Shown here: positions 28,158 through 37,700 of the stretch, piece by piece
Numbering within the stretch: the stretch's first letter is position 1
Layout of the letters: each line of letters opens with the position of its first letter
IMG/VR virus record: IMGVR_UViG_3300030012_000241
Span: 1 to 53,527 of that record
Strand: one strand, 5' to 3'
Length of the DNA: 53,527 bases
Origin: a virus
Lineage: Duplodnaviria; Caudoviricetes
Translations under genes and position numbers: made by a program
Notes under the pieces: model-generated
What the model was told of the DNA's origin: nothing
What the model saw: only the letters and a program-made list of their open reading frames with translations
Database searches by the model: none

Positions 28158-29318
28158 CTAACCGTATATTTTATATTCTTGTCTAAAGGGAGCATCTACT
28201 TGAAGCATAGATGATGCATTGTCAAAACCAAAGACTCCCATATATTTTTTGTAAACGTCATCACCAGGATTTAACTGTGCATTGACATACGGAGTATAAG
28301 CCATACTTTGAGCTTGCCAATTATTACCCAGAGGACTCATAAAGTTATCTATTTCTCCTAACGATATAGTGCTTTTAGTACCCATTCCTATAACATTTGG
28401 TACAACTCTAGTGTTGTAATTAATTACAGGGTCGCCAGGTTTGCCTGTAATAGCATACATAGCTTCTGTTCGTATACCTTGTCCTATTCCCTCTTCAACT
28501 TTTTTCTCAACATACTCATAAGGCTTAAACTCTTCAAACCTTTTTCTAGCTTTAGAATCAGGGTCTAAAATATTTATATCACTCAAAAAGTCTTGACCTT
28601 TCTCAATTAAGTTATCTCCTAAATCTTTGAAAGACTCAGAGAAATTTTTATAATCAGCATCTACACCAGTAGTTATATCTCCTACAGTTCCGTAAGGTTT
28701 ATTTTCATATCCATTAACTGTTCCAGTTACGTCTCTTACTACTCCTGCATCTTCTCTAGGCACAACATCTGTTGGTGGAGTTTCAGTTGAAGTTGAAGTA
28801 GAAACAACATCTACTACTTCTGCATTTGCTTTTGCAGCTTCTTGTTCTAAATTAAACTGTTTTACATTTTCACTTGTTGGTAAAGTATCTAAAGAAGATT
28901 TGAAATCTGCTGAGAATACAGAAGTTCTATCAGGACTTAGTTCAAATTTACCAGTCTTTAAAAAGTTACCTGCTCTGTTTAAACTATTACTAATAGCTGT
29001 GCTGACACTTGTATATGCATTCTTTATCCATGTACCACCAACATTAACCATTTCTAAAGTTTTTCCTAGAGCTTTACTTAAAAAACCTGAATTTGGGCCA
29101 AGCAGTTTACTTGACCAAGTAGCCAACTTGCCTGCCGTTCCAAACAAACTCCCTAAAGCTCCCATTGCATAAGGCATCAAAAACATCATACCTATTTGAC
29201 CAACTATTCCTAGTTTGCCAATACCTTTCATAACACTTTTAAAAGTTTTCTTAATTCTTTTACCAATCTTTTTTACTGTTTTTTTAAGACCTTTCCATGC
29301 CTTACTTAATAATCCCAT
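28158..29318 (-). CDS. Putative internal virion/pilot protein
   Basis: Basic amphipathic N-terminus followed by a Gly-rich hydrophobic segment. Confidence 0.65.
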   Translation of the reverse strand: MGLLSKAWKGLKKTVKKIGKRIKKTFKSVMKGIGKLGIVGQIGMMFLMPYAMGALGSLFGTAGKLATWSSKLLGPNSGFLSKALGKTLEMVNVGGTWIKNAYTSVSTAISNSLNRAGNFLKTGKFELSPDRTSVFSADFKSSLDTLPTSENVKQFNLEQEAAKANAEVVDVVSTSTSTETPPTDVVPREDAGVVRDVTGTVNGYENKPYGTVGDITTGVDADYKNFSESFKDLGDNLIEKGQDFLSDINILDPDSKARKRFEEFKPYEYVEKKVEEGIGQGIRTEAMYAITGKPGDPVINYNTRVVPNVIGMGTKSTISLGEIDNFMSPLGNNWQAQSMAYTPYVNAQLNPGDDVYKKYMGVFGFDNASSMLQVDAPFRQEYKIYG

Positions 29319-29328
29319 TTATTTTCTC

Positions 29329-31752
29329 CTAACTAAAGAACTCATTTATTTTTGTTGATGCGGCAGTAAAGTTTTGCCCCCAATATTTAGCAGCATCGCC
29401 TTCTGCACTTGCAGCCGACATCATAGCTTGTAACTTTCTATTAGCAGTATCATTAGTCCACCTAAAATCATAGTCTGCTTGGTCTCTTAATTCTTGCCAA
29501 AGAAAAGAGTTTGCAGCCTGTGTTAGTCCAAAAGCATTCTGAGCATTCTGTTGATTGACTGCATTTTGTGCAGCAGTATCAGCAGTATTAGCTCTTCTTC
29601 TCCAATCAATATTAGAGTTGATAACTGCTTGTGCATTTGCAGAGTTCCATTGTTGCCTATTAAAATTTTGTTGCTCGTTAAATTGTTCTACTTGATTCAT
29701 AATAGCTGCATTAGCTCTGTTTACATCAGTAAGCCTTTGAGCATCTCTAGCTTCAGCAGCATTTGATGCTTGAGCATTAAATTGATTTGTAGCATTTATA
29801 TAACCTGCATTGTATTGTCTTATCTGTGTCTCAATTTGTGCCATAAACTGTTGAGCTTGTCTGTCATTTGTAGCATTAAATTGACCCATAGCATTTATTG
29901 CTGATTGATTACTTAACAATCTTTGTTGTTCATATTGAGCTTTAATAACATTTGCTTGTTGTCTGTTACTTAAGTTTGCCATGTTAGTAGTCAAGAATGC
30001 TTTTGCATTTTCTATTTGTGCTTTCTGATAAAAGTCAGCATCAGCTAAATCAGCTCTAGCAATAGTTGCAGCATTTTGTACAGCAGCTTGTTGTTCAAAA
30101 TTAGCATCAGTTAAACTTACAGTTTGTAAAAATTTAGAGTTAGCTAATTCTGTTTGTTGCTCCATAGTCATATTAGCAACATCTATCTTAAATGCACTTT
30201 CTGCATTCTTTAAAGTTACTTGTTGTTGTCTTTGAGCATTTGCCTCAGAAACAGCAGCTTCTATACCTCTTTGCTCTGATACACTTCTTTGTATAGCTTG
30301 AGCATTTGCTTGAGCCAAAGGTAAAGATGCTTGAATAATAGTATTAGCTAAAGCATCTCTAGCTACTGATGAAGCTTGTAAACCTCTTTTAGCTAACATA
30401 GCTTCTACAGATGCTACAGCAGGTCTAGCCCATGTAGGTATTTCACCCTCTTCTATACCAGTTAATAGACTTTCAAGTTGATTAGATACTAAAGCTTCTT
30501 CAGGCAATCCTTCTATTATGCCTCTTTCTTCTTCTGTAAAGTCTGTTAATCTATCTTCAAGAGATTCAGGGTCATTACCTAAATCAGTAATAGCACTTTC
30601 TTGTAACCCTGCATTTCTTAATTGTTTTTTAGCTCTAGTAATTCTTGCTAAATCTGTTCCTGCATTTCTAGCTACTGTAGCTTTTGCATCATCTGATAAT
30701 GCTCCTGTTACTTGTTCAGCAACTGCACCAGTTACAATCGCTTCTTCTACATCTACATCAGCTACTACAGGTGCATCTTCTACCTTTGCAGCTCTAGCTA
30801 ATTTTACTTCATCTTCTTGTGCAGCTCTAGCTTGAGCAGCTTGTTCTATAGTTTCTGTAGGTGTAGCTGTAGCTGTAACCTCTCTAGCTGGGTCTACTTC
30901 ACGTACTTGGTCTTGTGTAATTGTAGTTACATCTTCGTCTGCTGTTGTAGGAGCAGTAAAAGTTTCTGCTTGACCTGCATCTGGAGCAACAACAGTAGGT
31001 GCTTCTGTATCTTCTCTATTGATACCCATTACTGTAGGAACAGGAACAGTACCTTCTGGAATATTACCTGAAGCTATATCACTTGCACCTCTTCCTGTTA
31101 AAATATTACGTGACCTTCTTTCACGGTCAAAGGCTGCTCTTTTGGCTATTTCTGACATGCCTGATAAAGGGTCTGGGTCTGTAGAAGTACCACCACCTTC
31201 ATCTGAACCGACTCTTTCCCAACTTGTACCATTCCATCTATAAGTGATACCATTTATAGTCATGGTGTCGCCTACTTTTAGTCCACCATCATCACCACCA
31301 CCATTGTTGTTACCACCGTTTTGGTCTCCACCACCATTCTGTTCACTTCCACCATTCTGTTCACTTCCACCGTTTTGTTGTGTACCGTTTTGTGAGAATG
31401 ACCCAGCATTAGCCATGTCAGCACCCTGATTACGTCCCTGTCCACGTCCACGTTGACGACCTCTTCTTGCAGCTTCTTGGTAATCTTCTTGAGTATCTCT
31501 ATCTCCAGTAGTAAAACCTGGGCCACTTGATATAGCCACAGGAGCAGGCTGTGTAGGTTGTTTTTCTTGAGGAGGTGCTACAGGTCTACCAACAGCAATA
31601 GGGTCATTATCCCTACCACCACCAGGACCACCTATGGAAATCATATCATCCCTTGTAGGTCTTGCTCCTCTTCTGGCCATGACGTTACCACCAGTTCTAT
31701 AATCTTTTCTTTTTAATTTGGCTCTTTTTCTTTTTGATTTATATTTTGCCAT
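29329..31752 (-). CDS. Putative internal virion protein (Q/N/A-rich coiled coil)
   Basis: 807 aa; QFNA-type repeats; QNGG low-complexity region. Confidence 0.7.
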   Translation of the reverse strand: MAKYKSKRKRAKLKRKDYRTGGNVMARRGARPTRDDMISIGGPGGGRDNDPIAVGRPVAPPQEKQPTQPAPVAISSGPGFTTGDRDTQEDYQEAARRGRQRGRGQGRNQGADMANAGSFSQNGTQQNGGSEQNGGSEQNGGGDQNGGNNNGGGDDGGLKVGDTMTINGITYRWNGTSWERVGSDEGGGTSTDPDPLSGMSEIAKRAAFDRERRSRNILTGRGASDIASGNIPEGTVPVPTVMGINREDTEAPTVVAPDAGQAETFTAPTTADEDVTTITQDQVREVDPAREVTATATPTETIEQAAQARAAQEDEVKLARAAKVEDAPVVADVDVEEAIVTGAVAEQVTGALSDDAKATVARNAGTDLARITRAKKQLRNAGLQESAITDLGNDPESLEDRLTDFTEEERGIIEGLPEEALVSNQLESLLTGIEEGEIPTWARPAVASVEAMLAKRGLQASSVARDALANTIIQASLPLAQANAQAIQRSVSEQRGIEAAVSEANAQRQQQVTLKNAESAFKIDVANMTMEQQTELANSKFLQTVSLTDANFEQQAAVQNAATIARADLADADFYQKAQIENAKAFLTTNMANLSNRQQANVIKAQYEQQRLLSNQSAINAMGQFNATNDRQAQQFMAQIETQIRQYNAGYINATNQFNAQASNAAEARDAQRLTDVNRANAAIMNQVEQFNEQQNFNRQQWNSANAQAVINSNIDWRRRANTADTAAQNAVNQQNAQNAFGLTQAANSFLWQELRDQADYDFRWTNDTANRKLQAMMSAASAEGDAAKYWGQNFTAASTKINEFFS

Positions 31753-31991
31753 TATTTCACCTCAAATAATTTATCTACCTTTTCATGTAGCTTTTCTACT
31801 CTCTCCATAAGAATACTCATATCTTCTTTTACTTCTTGTTTTGTAACATAATCTTTTGCTATTTCTTCTCTAGTTTTATTTAGTAATATATCTATTCTTT
31901 TTGCTTCTGTTTCGTTTTTACGTATAGCAAAAATTATAGGAGCTACAACTAAAGTTAAAACTATGTTCCAAAAGAAATACATGTCTTCCAT
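31752..31991 (-). CDS. Small TM + coiled-coil protein
   Basis: WNIVLTLVVAP...TREEIAKDYVTK. Confidence 0.7.
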   Translation of the reverse strand: MEDMYFFWNIVLTLVVAPIIFAIRKNETEAKRIDILLNKTREEIAKDYVTKQEVKEDMSILMERVEKLHEKVDKLFEVK

Positions 31992-31992
31992 T

Positions 31993-33825
31993 TTATATAC
32001 TATCCCCAGGGTATCTGTTTGACCATATAGTAAAACTATATTTGACTCCTTTGGTTAATGGTTGACATGCATGACCATGTGTTACCATACCTGGAAACAA
32101 TATACATTTTCCTACAGGTATATCTTTATTACTAAAATTTTGTCTAGGATAAACTAAATCAGCACCTTCGTAGTCATCATTTAGTTTTATACTTCCTGTA
32201 ACTAAACTTGCATCTGTATGTAATGGTAATTCTCTTTGTGTATCTACTGAGTATCTCATTGTAAATGCATCTCTAAGTCCATACATTGACATTGGTTGCC
32301 AATAATTTTCTATAATTGGAACTATGTGCTTTTCCCAATGAGCTTCCAACTCTTCCCATAAACCTAGTTCTTTTAACCTTATCTCTTGTGCAGGGAACTT
32401 ATCGTATTCTAAAGAACCCCAACCTCCATGATTGTCAGCTATCTCAATCATTCTTTCACATTGTTCTTGTGTCATAAAATCAACAAGCAATATGTCATCA
32501 TCTAATATTTCAAAATCTCTTGGTGGTATAAATAAACTTTCTTGTTTTGGAAAAAATCTGTTATACATTTGGTCAAATTTTTTCTTGGTTAAATCACCAC
32601 CATTACCATGATAAATACAACTACAACATCCTGTTAAAGGATTAAAAAGTTGACCTTCAAGCATTGTAGTATTTGCTTCGTGTGTTTGAAATATATAACC
32701 TTCATAGTCTAGTTGTATATCAAACTTACCACTTAAAAATAGTTTTTGATAATATAACTGGTCATCTCCATCATCATCTACTGAGTCTGTGGCTAGCATT
32801 TTTTTAAGCTCACCTACTTCACCTATAAACGTTCCACTATTTAAAAATCTATATTTAGTTGGAGCATCTGGAAATACATGTTCTAAATCTGCATCAGGCC
32901 AACAATATTGTTCTGCTGAAAACAAAACTTTACAATTAAATCCTAAATACCTTTCTGTAATAGTTTCTAAATTATCTGCATAAAAAACATCGTATGCATC
33001 TGTAAATAAAATTACATCATTGTCTGGTAACTTGTTGATATATTCTCTTAACAAGTTTACTTTATGTCCACCACCAGGACCTACCATATCAGTCCCTTGC
33101 CACTCTACATTGTTTCCTAGATTTACTATATCTATTCCACAATGCCTAGCACTTGTAAATAATCTAGAACATTTCTTTCTATCTGTTCCAATAGTAAGAG
33201 GATGTACCTTAAAATTTCTAGCTATACCTGCTGGAACTTCTATATCGCTTGGACTTTCTTCTCTTGATATTTGATTACAAGAATCTTCTTTCAATGCAAC
33301 TACGTTTTTCAAAATTTTCTCCTTTATTAATTTAGGTACATATTCATCAGCAGGAATAATTTTATTTATATTATCTAATAAAATTTTTGCTGTTGAGGGT
33401 TTTATTATGTAGCCTGTTAAATTATAAGGATAAGAAGGTATCTCCAATTTATCATCTATACTTATAACTTTTTCAGGTTCGTTCTCGTTTCTCTGTAAGT
33501 ATATAAAATCGTATTTGTTTATTAAAGCTTGATAGTATTTTTCATCCCAACTTTGATTTATTACTGCATCATCTTCTAAAATAATAACAGGTTCATCTAA
33601 ATCTAAACATGTTGTCCATGCTTTTTGATGAGATAAGAAACATGCTACTTCGCTTCTTAAGACTTGCCTGTTTTGAAAAGGGTCTCTAAACTCCTCATCG
33701 ACTACAAAGTTATCAAGTCTTTTGTAATCTATTGCTTCTATAAATTGATAATTAGTTAAATTATTTTTATAAAATTGTTTCTTTCTATCTGTTCTTCGTT
33801 GAAGGCTTATTACTAATTTTTTCAT
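31993..33825 (-). CDS. Three-domain collagen-modifying-like enzyme: GT25 + PLOD-type glycosyltransferase + Fe/2OG lysyl hydroxylase-like
   Basis: GT25: ISL.RR.DR, EVACFLSH, LEDD. PLOD-GT: GGGHKV, FTDAYDV, LFSAE..CWPD, RFLNSG.FIG, DDQLYY, HGNG. Hydroxylase: RY...Q..L..HTD, DYEG, FPG..TH.H. Confidence 0.88.
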   Translation of the reverse strand: MKKLVISLQRRTDRKKQFYKNNLTNYQFIEAIDYKRLDNFVVDEEFRDPFQNRQVLRSEVACFLSHQKAWTTCLDLDEPVIILEDDAVINQSWDEKYYQALINKYDFIYLQRNENEPEKVISIDDKLEIPSYPYNLTGYIIKPSTAKILLDNINKIIPADEYVPKLIKEKILKNVVALKEDSCNQISREESPSDIEVPAGIARNFKVHPLTIGTDRKKCSRLFTSARHCGIDIVNLGNNVEWQGTDMVGPGGGHKVNLLREYINKLPDNDVILFTDAYDVFYADNLETITERYLGFNCKVLFSAEQYCWPDADLEHVFPDAPTKYRFLNSGTFIGEVGELKKMLATDSVDDDGDDQLYYQKLFLSGKFDIQLDYEGYIFQTHEANTTMLEGQLFNPLTGCCSCIYHGNGGDLTKKKFDQMYNRFFPKQESLFIPPRDFEILDDDILLVDFMTQEQCERMIEIADNHGGWGSLEYDKFPAQEIRLKELGLWEELEAHWEKHIVPIIENYWQPMSMYGLRDAFTMRYSVDTQRELPLHTDASLVTGSIKLNDDYEGADLVYPRQNFSNKDIPVGKCILFPGMVTHGHACQPLTKGVKYSFTIWSNRYPGDSI

Positions 33826-33841
33826 TTACTAAGTATACCAC

Positions 33842-34594
33842 TTAGAATGGGCCTCCACCAAATCCTCCACCTCCTCCACCGAAGCCACTTCTTGTAGCAG
33901 AAGCGAAAAGAGGTTTTGTTAAATCTTGGCTAGAAGTTTGTGTTGCAATTACATCTCCGTTTGCATCTATTGCTCTAAGAACCATTGTTAAAGAAGTTCC
34001 TGATAAAGCACCAGTATCTGATGATGCAGTTCCAAATCCTTGCGATGAAGTTTTCTGTGCTGACCATATAAATGATGTAAAAGTACCATTATCATCAGCC
34101 GTACTTTGATTTGCAATAGTAACAAAGTTACCACTTGTAGCACCTGAACCAGTAGTAAAAGTACCTATACCACTTGTTACAGTAACAAAAGTTAATTGTA
34201 TTTGTATATTAGCAGGTTCATGGACAAAAGTTAATGGTATATTATTATGATTGTAACTAACTGATGAAGTATTACTAAAATTATCATGTCTAAATCTAAC
34301 TCTACTTTCACCTGGTTGATAAGCAAATCCTATTGCTACTCCACCTAAAGCAGTTCCACTTGAAGAACCTATACCTGAAAAAGATGAATTACCTGGATTA
34401 GGTGTACTTCCCATAATAACACCTGATACTCCTGCATAATCATCCATACTTATTTGGTCAGTAGAATTTTTACTAATTAAAGCACTATACTCACCCATAG
34501 TAATAGGACTAGAACCACCAAACTTAGTCTGTAAATCTGAAAAAGACTTTTGATTTCCTGCTGAACTAATACTTCCTGCTACTGGGCCACTCAT
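33842..34594 (-). CDS. Putative tail fibre-associated/adhesin protein
   Basis: Ser/Thr/Gly-rich; SFSDLQTKFGGSSPITMGEY N-terminus; Gly-rich C-terminus; follows the fibre. Confidence 0.55.
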   Translation of the reverse strand: MSGPVAGSISSAGNQKSFSDLQTKFGGSSPITMGEYSALISKNSTDQISMDDYAGVSGVIMGSTPNPGNSSFSGIGSSSGTALGGVAIGFAYQPGESRVRFRHDNFSNTSSVSYNHNNIPLTFVHEPANIQIQLTFVTVTSGIGTFTTGSGATSGNFVTIANQSTADDNGTFTSFIWSAQKTSSQGFGTASSDTGALSGTSLTMVLRAIDANGDVIATQTSSQDLTKPLFASATRSGFGGGGGGFGGGPF

Positions 34595-34596
34595 AT

Positions 34597-34779
34597 TTAT
34601 ATTCCGTTAAAAAAAGCATCCACGATAGATTTAGTGTGAGCATCTAACTCACTTCTATCTGTGTCTTTGTTCCAAAAATAATCTTCACCATCATCACATC
34701 TAATGATAACTAAAGCTTCATTTTCTACAGTCTCAGGTGGTTTAAAACAAAATATTGTTTGTACTACTTTACTAGCCAT
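34597..34779 (-). CDS. Hypothetical protein (fibre assembly?)
   Basis: 60 aa, overlaps the fibre stop. Confidence 0.6.
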   Translation of the reverse strand: MASKVVQTIFCFKPPETVENEALVIIRCDDGEDYFWNKDTDRSELDAHTKSIVDAFFNGI

Positions 34780-37700
34780 TGTTTTCTAACTCCTCTATTC
34801 TTGCTATAAGTTCTTCATATCCTTCCATATCTCCTAATCCTTTTGGAGGATGTGAGTCTTCTGCTAATTCTTTAATAGCTTCTATAAGAAGTGGAACTAA
34901 CTTGTCATACCATACTGTTAAATATTTCTCATCAATAGGTGCTGTTGTTACTACTTCTGGTAACACATCTTGTACCTCTTGAGCTGAGACACCAACTTGT
35001 CGTTCATCGTTTTCGTAACCTAACTGTTTAGCTACTTCATTCTCTCTAAAGTAATAACCACTTAAAGCTAATACTTTTTCTAGAGCATTAGGTATAGTAC
35101 CCTCAAAGTCTTTTAGTCTTGCATCAGAGTAGAAAGCTGTAATATTACCACCTGCTCTAATCTCACCGTTTCCAATACTACTTGTAGAAGCATTGACAGC
35201 TAGGCTATTTACCTCAGCATCTGAGTCATCAGTAAAGCCACCTGCTTCACCTTTTTGACCTTTCTGACCTTTATCGCCTTTTTGTCCTTTCTGACCTTTT
35301 TCACCTTTCTGACCTTTTACAGTTGAAGGTTCACCTTTCTGACCTTTAGTAGAGTTGTCATCACCTTGTTGTCCTTTCTGACCTACTTCACCTTTTTGGC
35401 CTTTAGTAGAGTTGTCATCACCTTGTTGTCCTTTCTGACCTACTTCACCTTTCTGACCTTTATCACCTGCAACTGTTGAAGCTGCACCTTTCTGTCCTTT
35501 CTGACCTACTTCACCTTTTTGTCCTTTAGCACCTGCGACTGTTGAAGCTGCACCTTTTTGACCTTTCTCTCCTTTAGAACCTGCTACTGTTGAAGCTTCA
35601 CCTTTCTGACCTTTAGAACCAGTTACAGAATTACCTTGTTCTCCTTTCTGACCTTTAGAACCATCGTTTCCATCATCGCCATCAGAGCCTCCAGCACCTT
35701 TCTGTCCTTTAGAACCTGTATCACCTTTCTGACCTTTAGAGCCATCATTACCGTCATCACCGTTATTACCTGCTGCACCTTTCTGTCCTTTAGAACCTGC
35801 ACCACCTGTATCACCTTTCTGACCTTTAGAGCCATCAGAACCATCAGAGCCTGCTGCACCTTTCTGACCTTTATCGCCATTAGTTCCATTATTTCCATTA
35901 TTACCTGCTGCACCTTTTTGTCCTTTAGAGCCATCGTTACCATCGCCACCAGCAGCACCTACTTCACCTTTTTGACCTTTAGAACCTGTGCCACCTGTGC
36001 CACCGACTTCACCTTTTTGACCTTTCGAGCCTGTTCCACCTGTGCCACCTACTTCACCTTTTTGTCCTTTAGCACCATCGTTACCATCGTCTCCATCAGA
36101 ACCGTTAGAACCTGCTGCTCCTTTCTGTCCTTTTTCACCTTTAGAACCTGTGCCACCTGTTCCACCTACTTCACCTTTCTGACCCTTAGAGCCATTGCTT
36201 CCGTTAGAACCTGCTTCACCTTTCTGACCTTTAGAACCGTCATTACCATCATTACCATCTCCACCAGTAGCTCCAGTTTGTCCTTTCTGTCCTTTCTCAC
36301 CTTTAGAACCTGTAGAACCTGTGCCACCTACTTCACCTTTCTGACCTTTGTCTCCAGTAGAACCTGTAGAACCTACTTCACCTTTCTGTCCTTTAGAACC
36401 TGTAGCTCCTGTTTCACCTTTCTGACCTTTATCACCTTGGTCTCCAGTTCTTGCAAAAGTTACAATTAAGTCTTCACCATTTGAGAATGAAGATGCTGAA
36501 CCACTTACATAACCTACAGGAACTTTGAAATATCCTGAAGCTTCTGTTATAGAACCACTAATTGTAAACAGAGCAAAGTCTGAAGCATCTAATTTGTTTG
36601 ATATTCTGACATGACCTTTTATAGTAGAATCACTATCATCAATAGTTCTTAGATAACTTTGTATATCAGTACCACCTGAATCTTGGTCATCAATATACAT
36701 TATATTTGCACTAGATACAGTACCGTTATTTAATCTTAACTCACCGTTACCTGGGTCTGCATCTGAAGTACCTGTATCAAAGTCATAAGCAAATGTTTGT
36801 CCACCAAAGTTTCCTTCTTGTCCTTTTACACCTTTTTGACCTTTTTCGCCTTTCTGACCTTTAGAACCTGTAGCTCCTACTTCACCTTTCTGTCCTTTAG
36901 AACCTGTTGAACCAGTATCTCCTGTCGTTCCTTTTTGACCTTTTTCACCTTTACTTCCATCACTACCGTCATTACCAGCAGCACCTGTGTTACCTGTTTG
37001 TCCCTTTTGGCCTTTATCTCCTTTAGAACCTGTAGCTCCTACTTCACCTTTTTGACCTTTAGAACCGTCTGAACCGTTATTACCTGTAGCACCTACTTCA
37101 CCTTTTTGTCCCTTAGAACCATCACTACCGTCATCACCAGTAGCACCTGTGTTACCTACTTCACCTTTTTGTCCCTTAGAACCTGTAGCTCCTACTTCAC
37201 CTTTAGAACCTTTTTGTCCTTTAGTACCATCTGAAGCAGCACCATCAACACCAGCCTCACCTTTCTGACCTTTATCTCCTGTAGCTCCTACTTCACCTTT
37301 TTGGCCTTTTTGTCCTTTAGCACCATTTGAACCATTACTACCACTAGCACCTACTTCACCTTTCTGACCTTTAGAACCGTCATTACCATCATTACCTGTA
37401 GCACCTACTTCACCTTTTTGACCTTTATCTCCTACTTCACCTTTCTGACCTTTATCACCATCAGAACCTGCATTACCTGTAGCACCTACTTGACCTTTTT
37501 GTCCTTTATCTCCTTTAGCTCCTGTTTCGCCTTTTTGTCCTTTGTCTCCTGTAACTCCTACTTCACCTTTCTGTCCCTTAGAACCAAGAACTCCACCTTC
37601 ACCTTTCTGTCCTTTAGAACCTTGTAAAGCTACATCTTCTATAGTTCCTTTTTCCCAAGCACTTGCACTTACATCATAGTAAGCAATTAAATCTGTGCTT

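Noticed and set aside
35636-36469. 277-aa + strand ORF (and 35623-35958 alternative frame)
   Set aside because: Shadows of the collagen codon periodicity; no SD, and opposite to or inside a clear gene
35237-37621. Regular DNA repeats resembling a CRISPR array
   Set aside because: In-frame degenerate collagen codons, not repeat-spacer units; no cas operon
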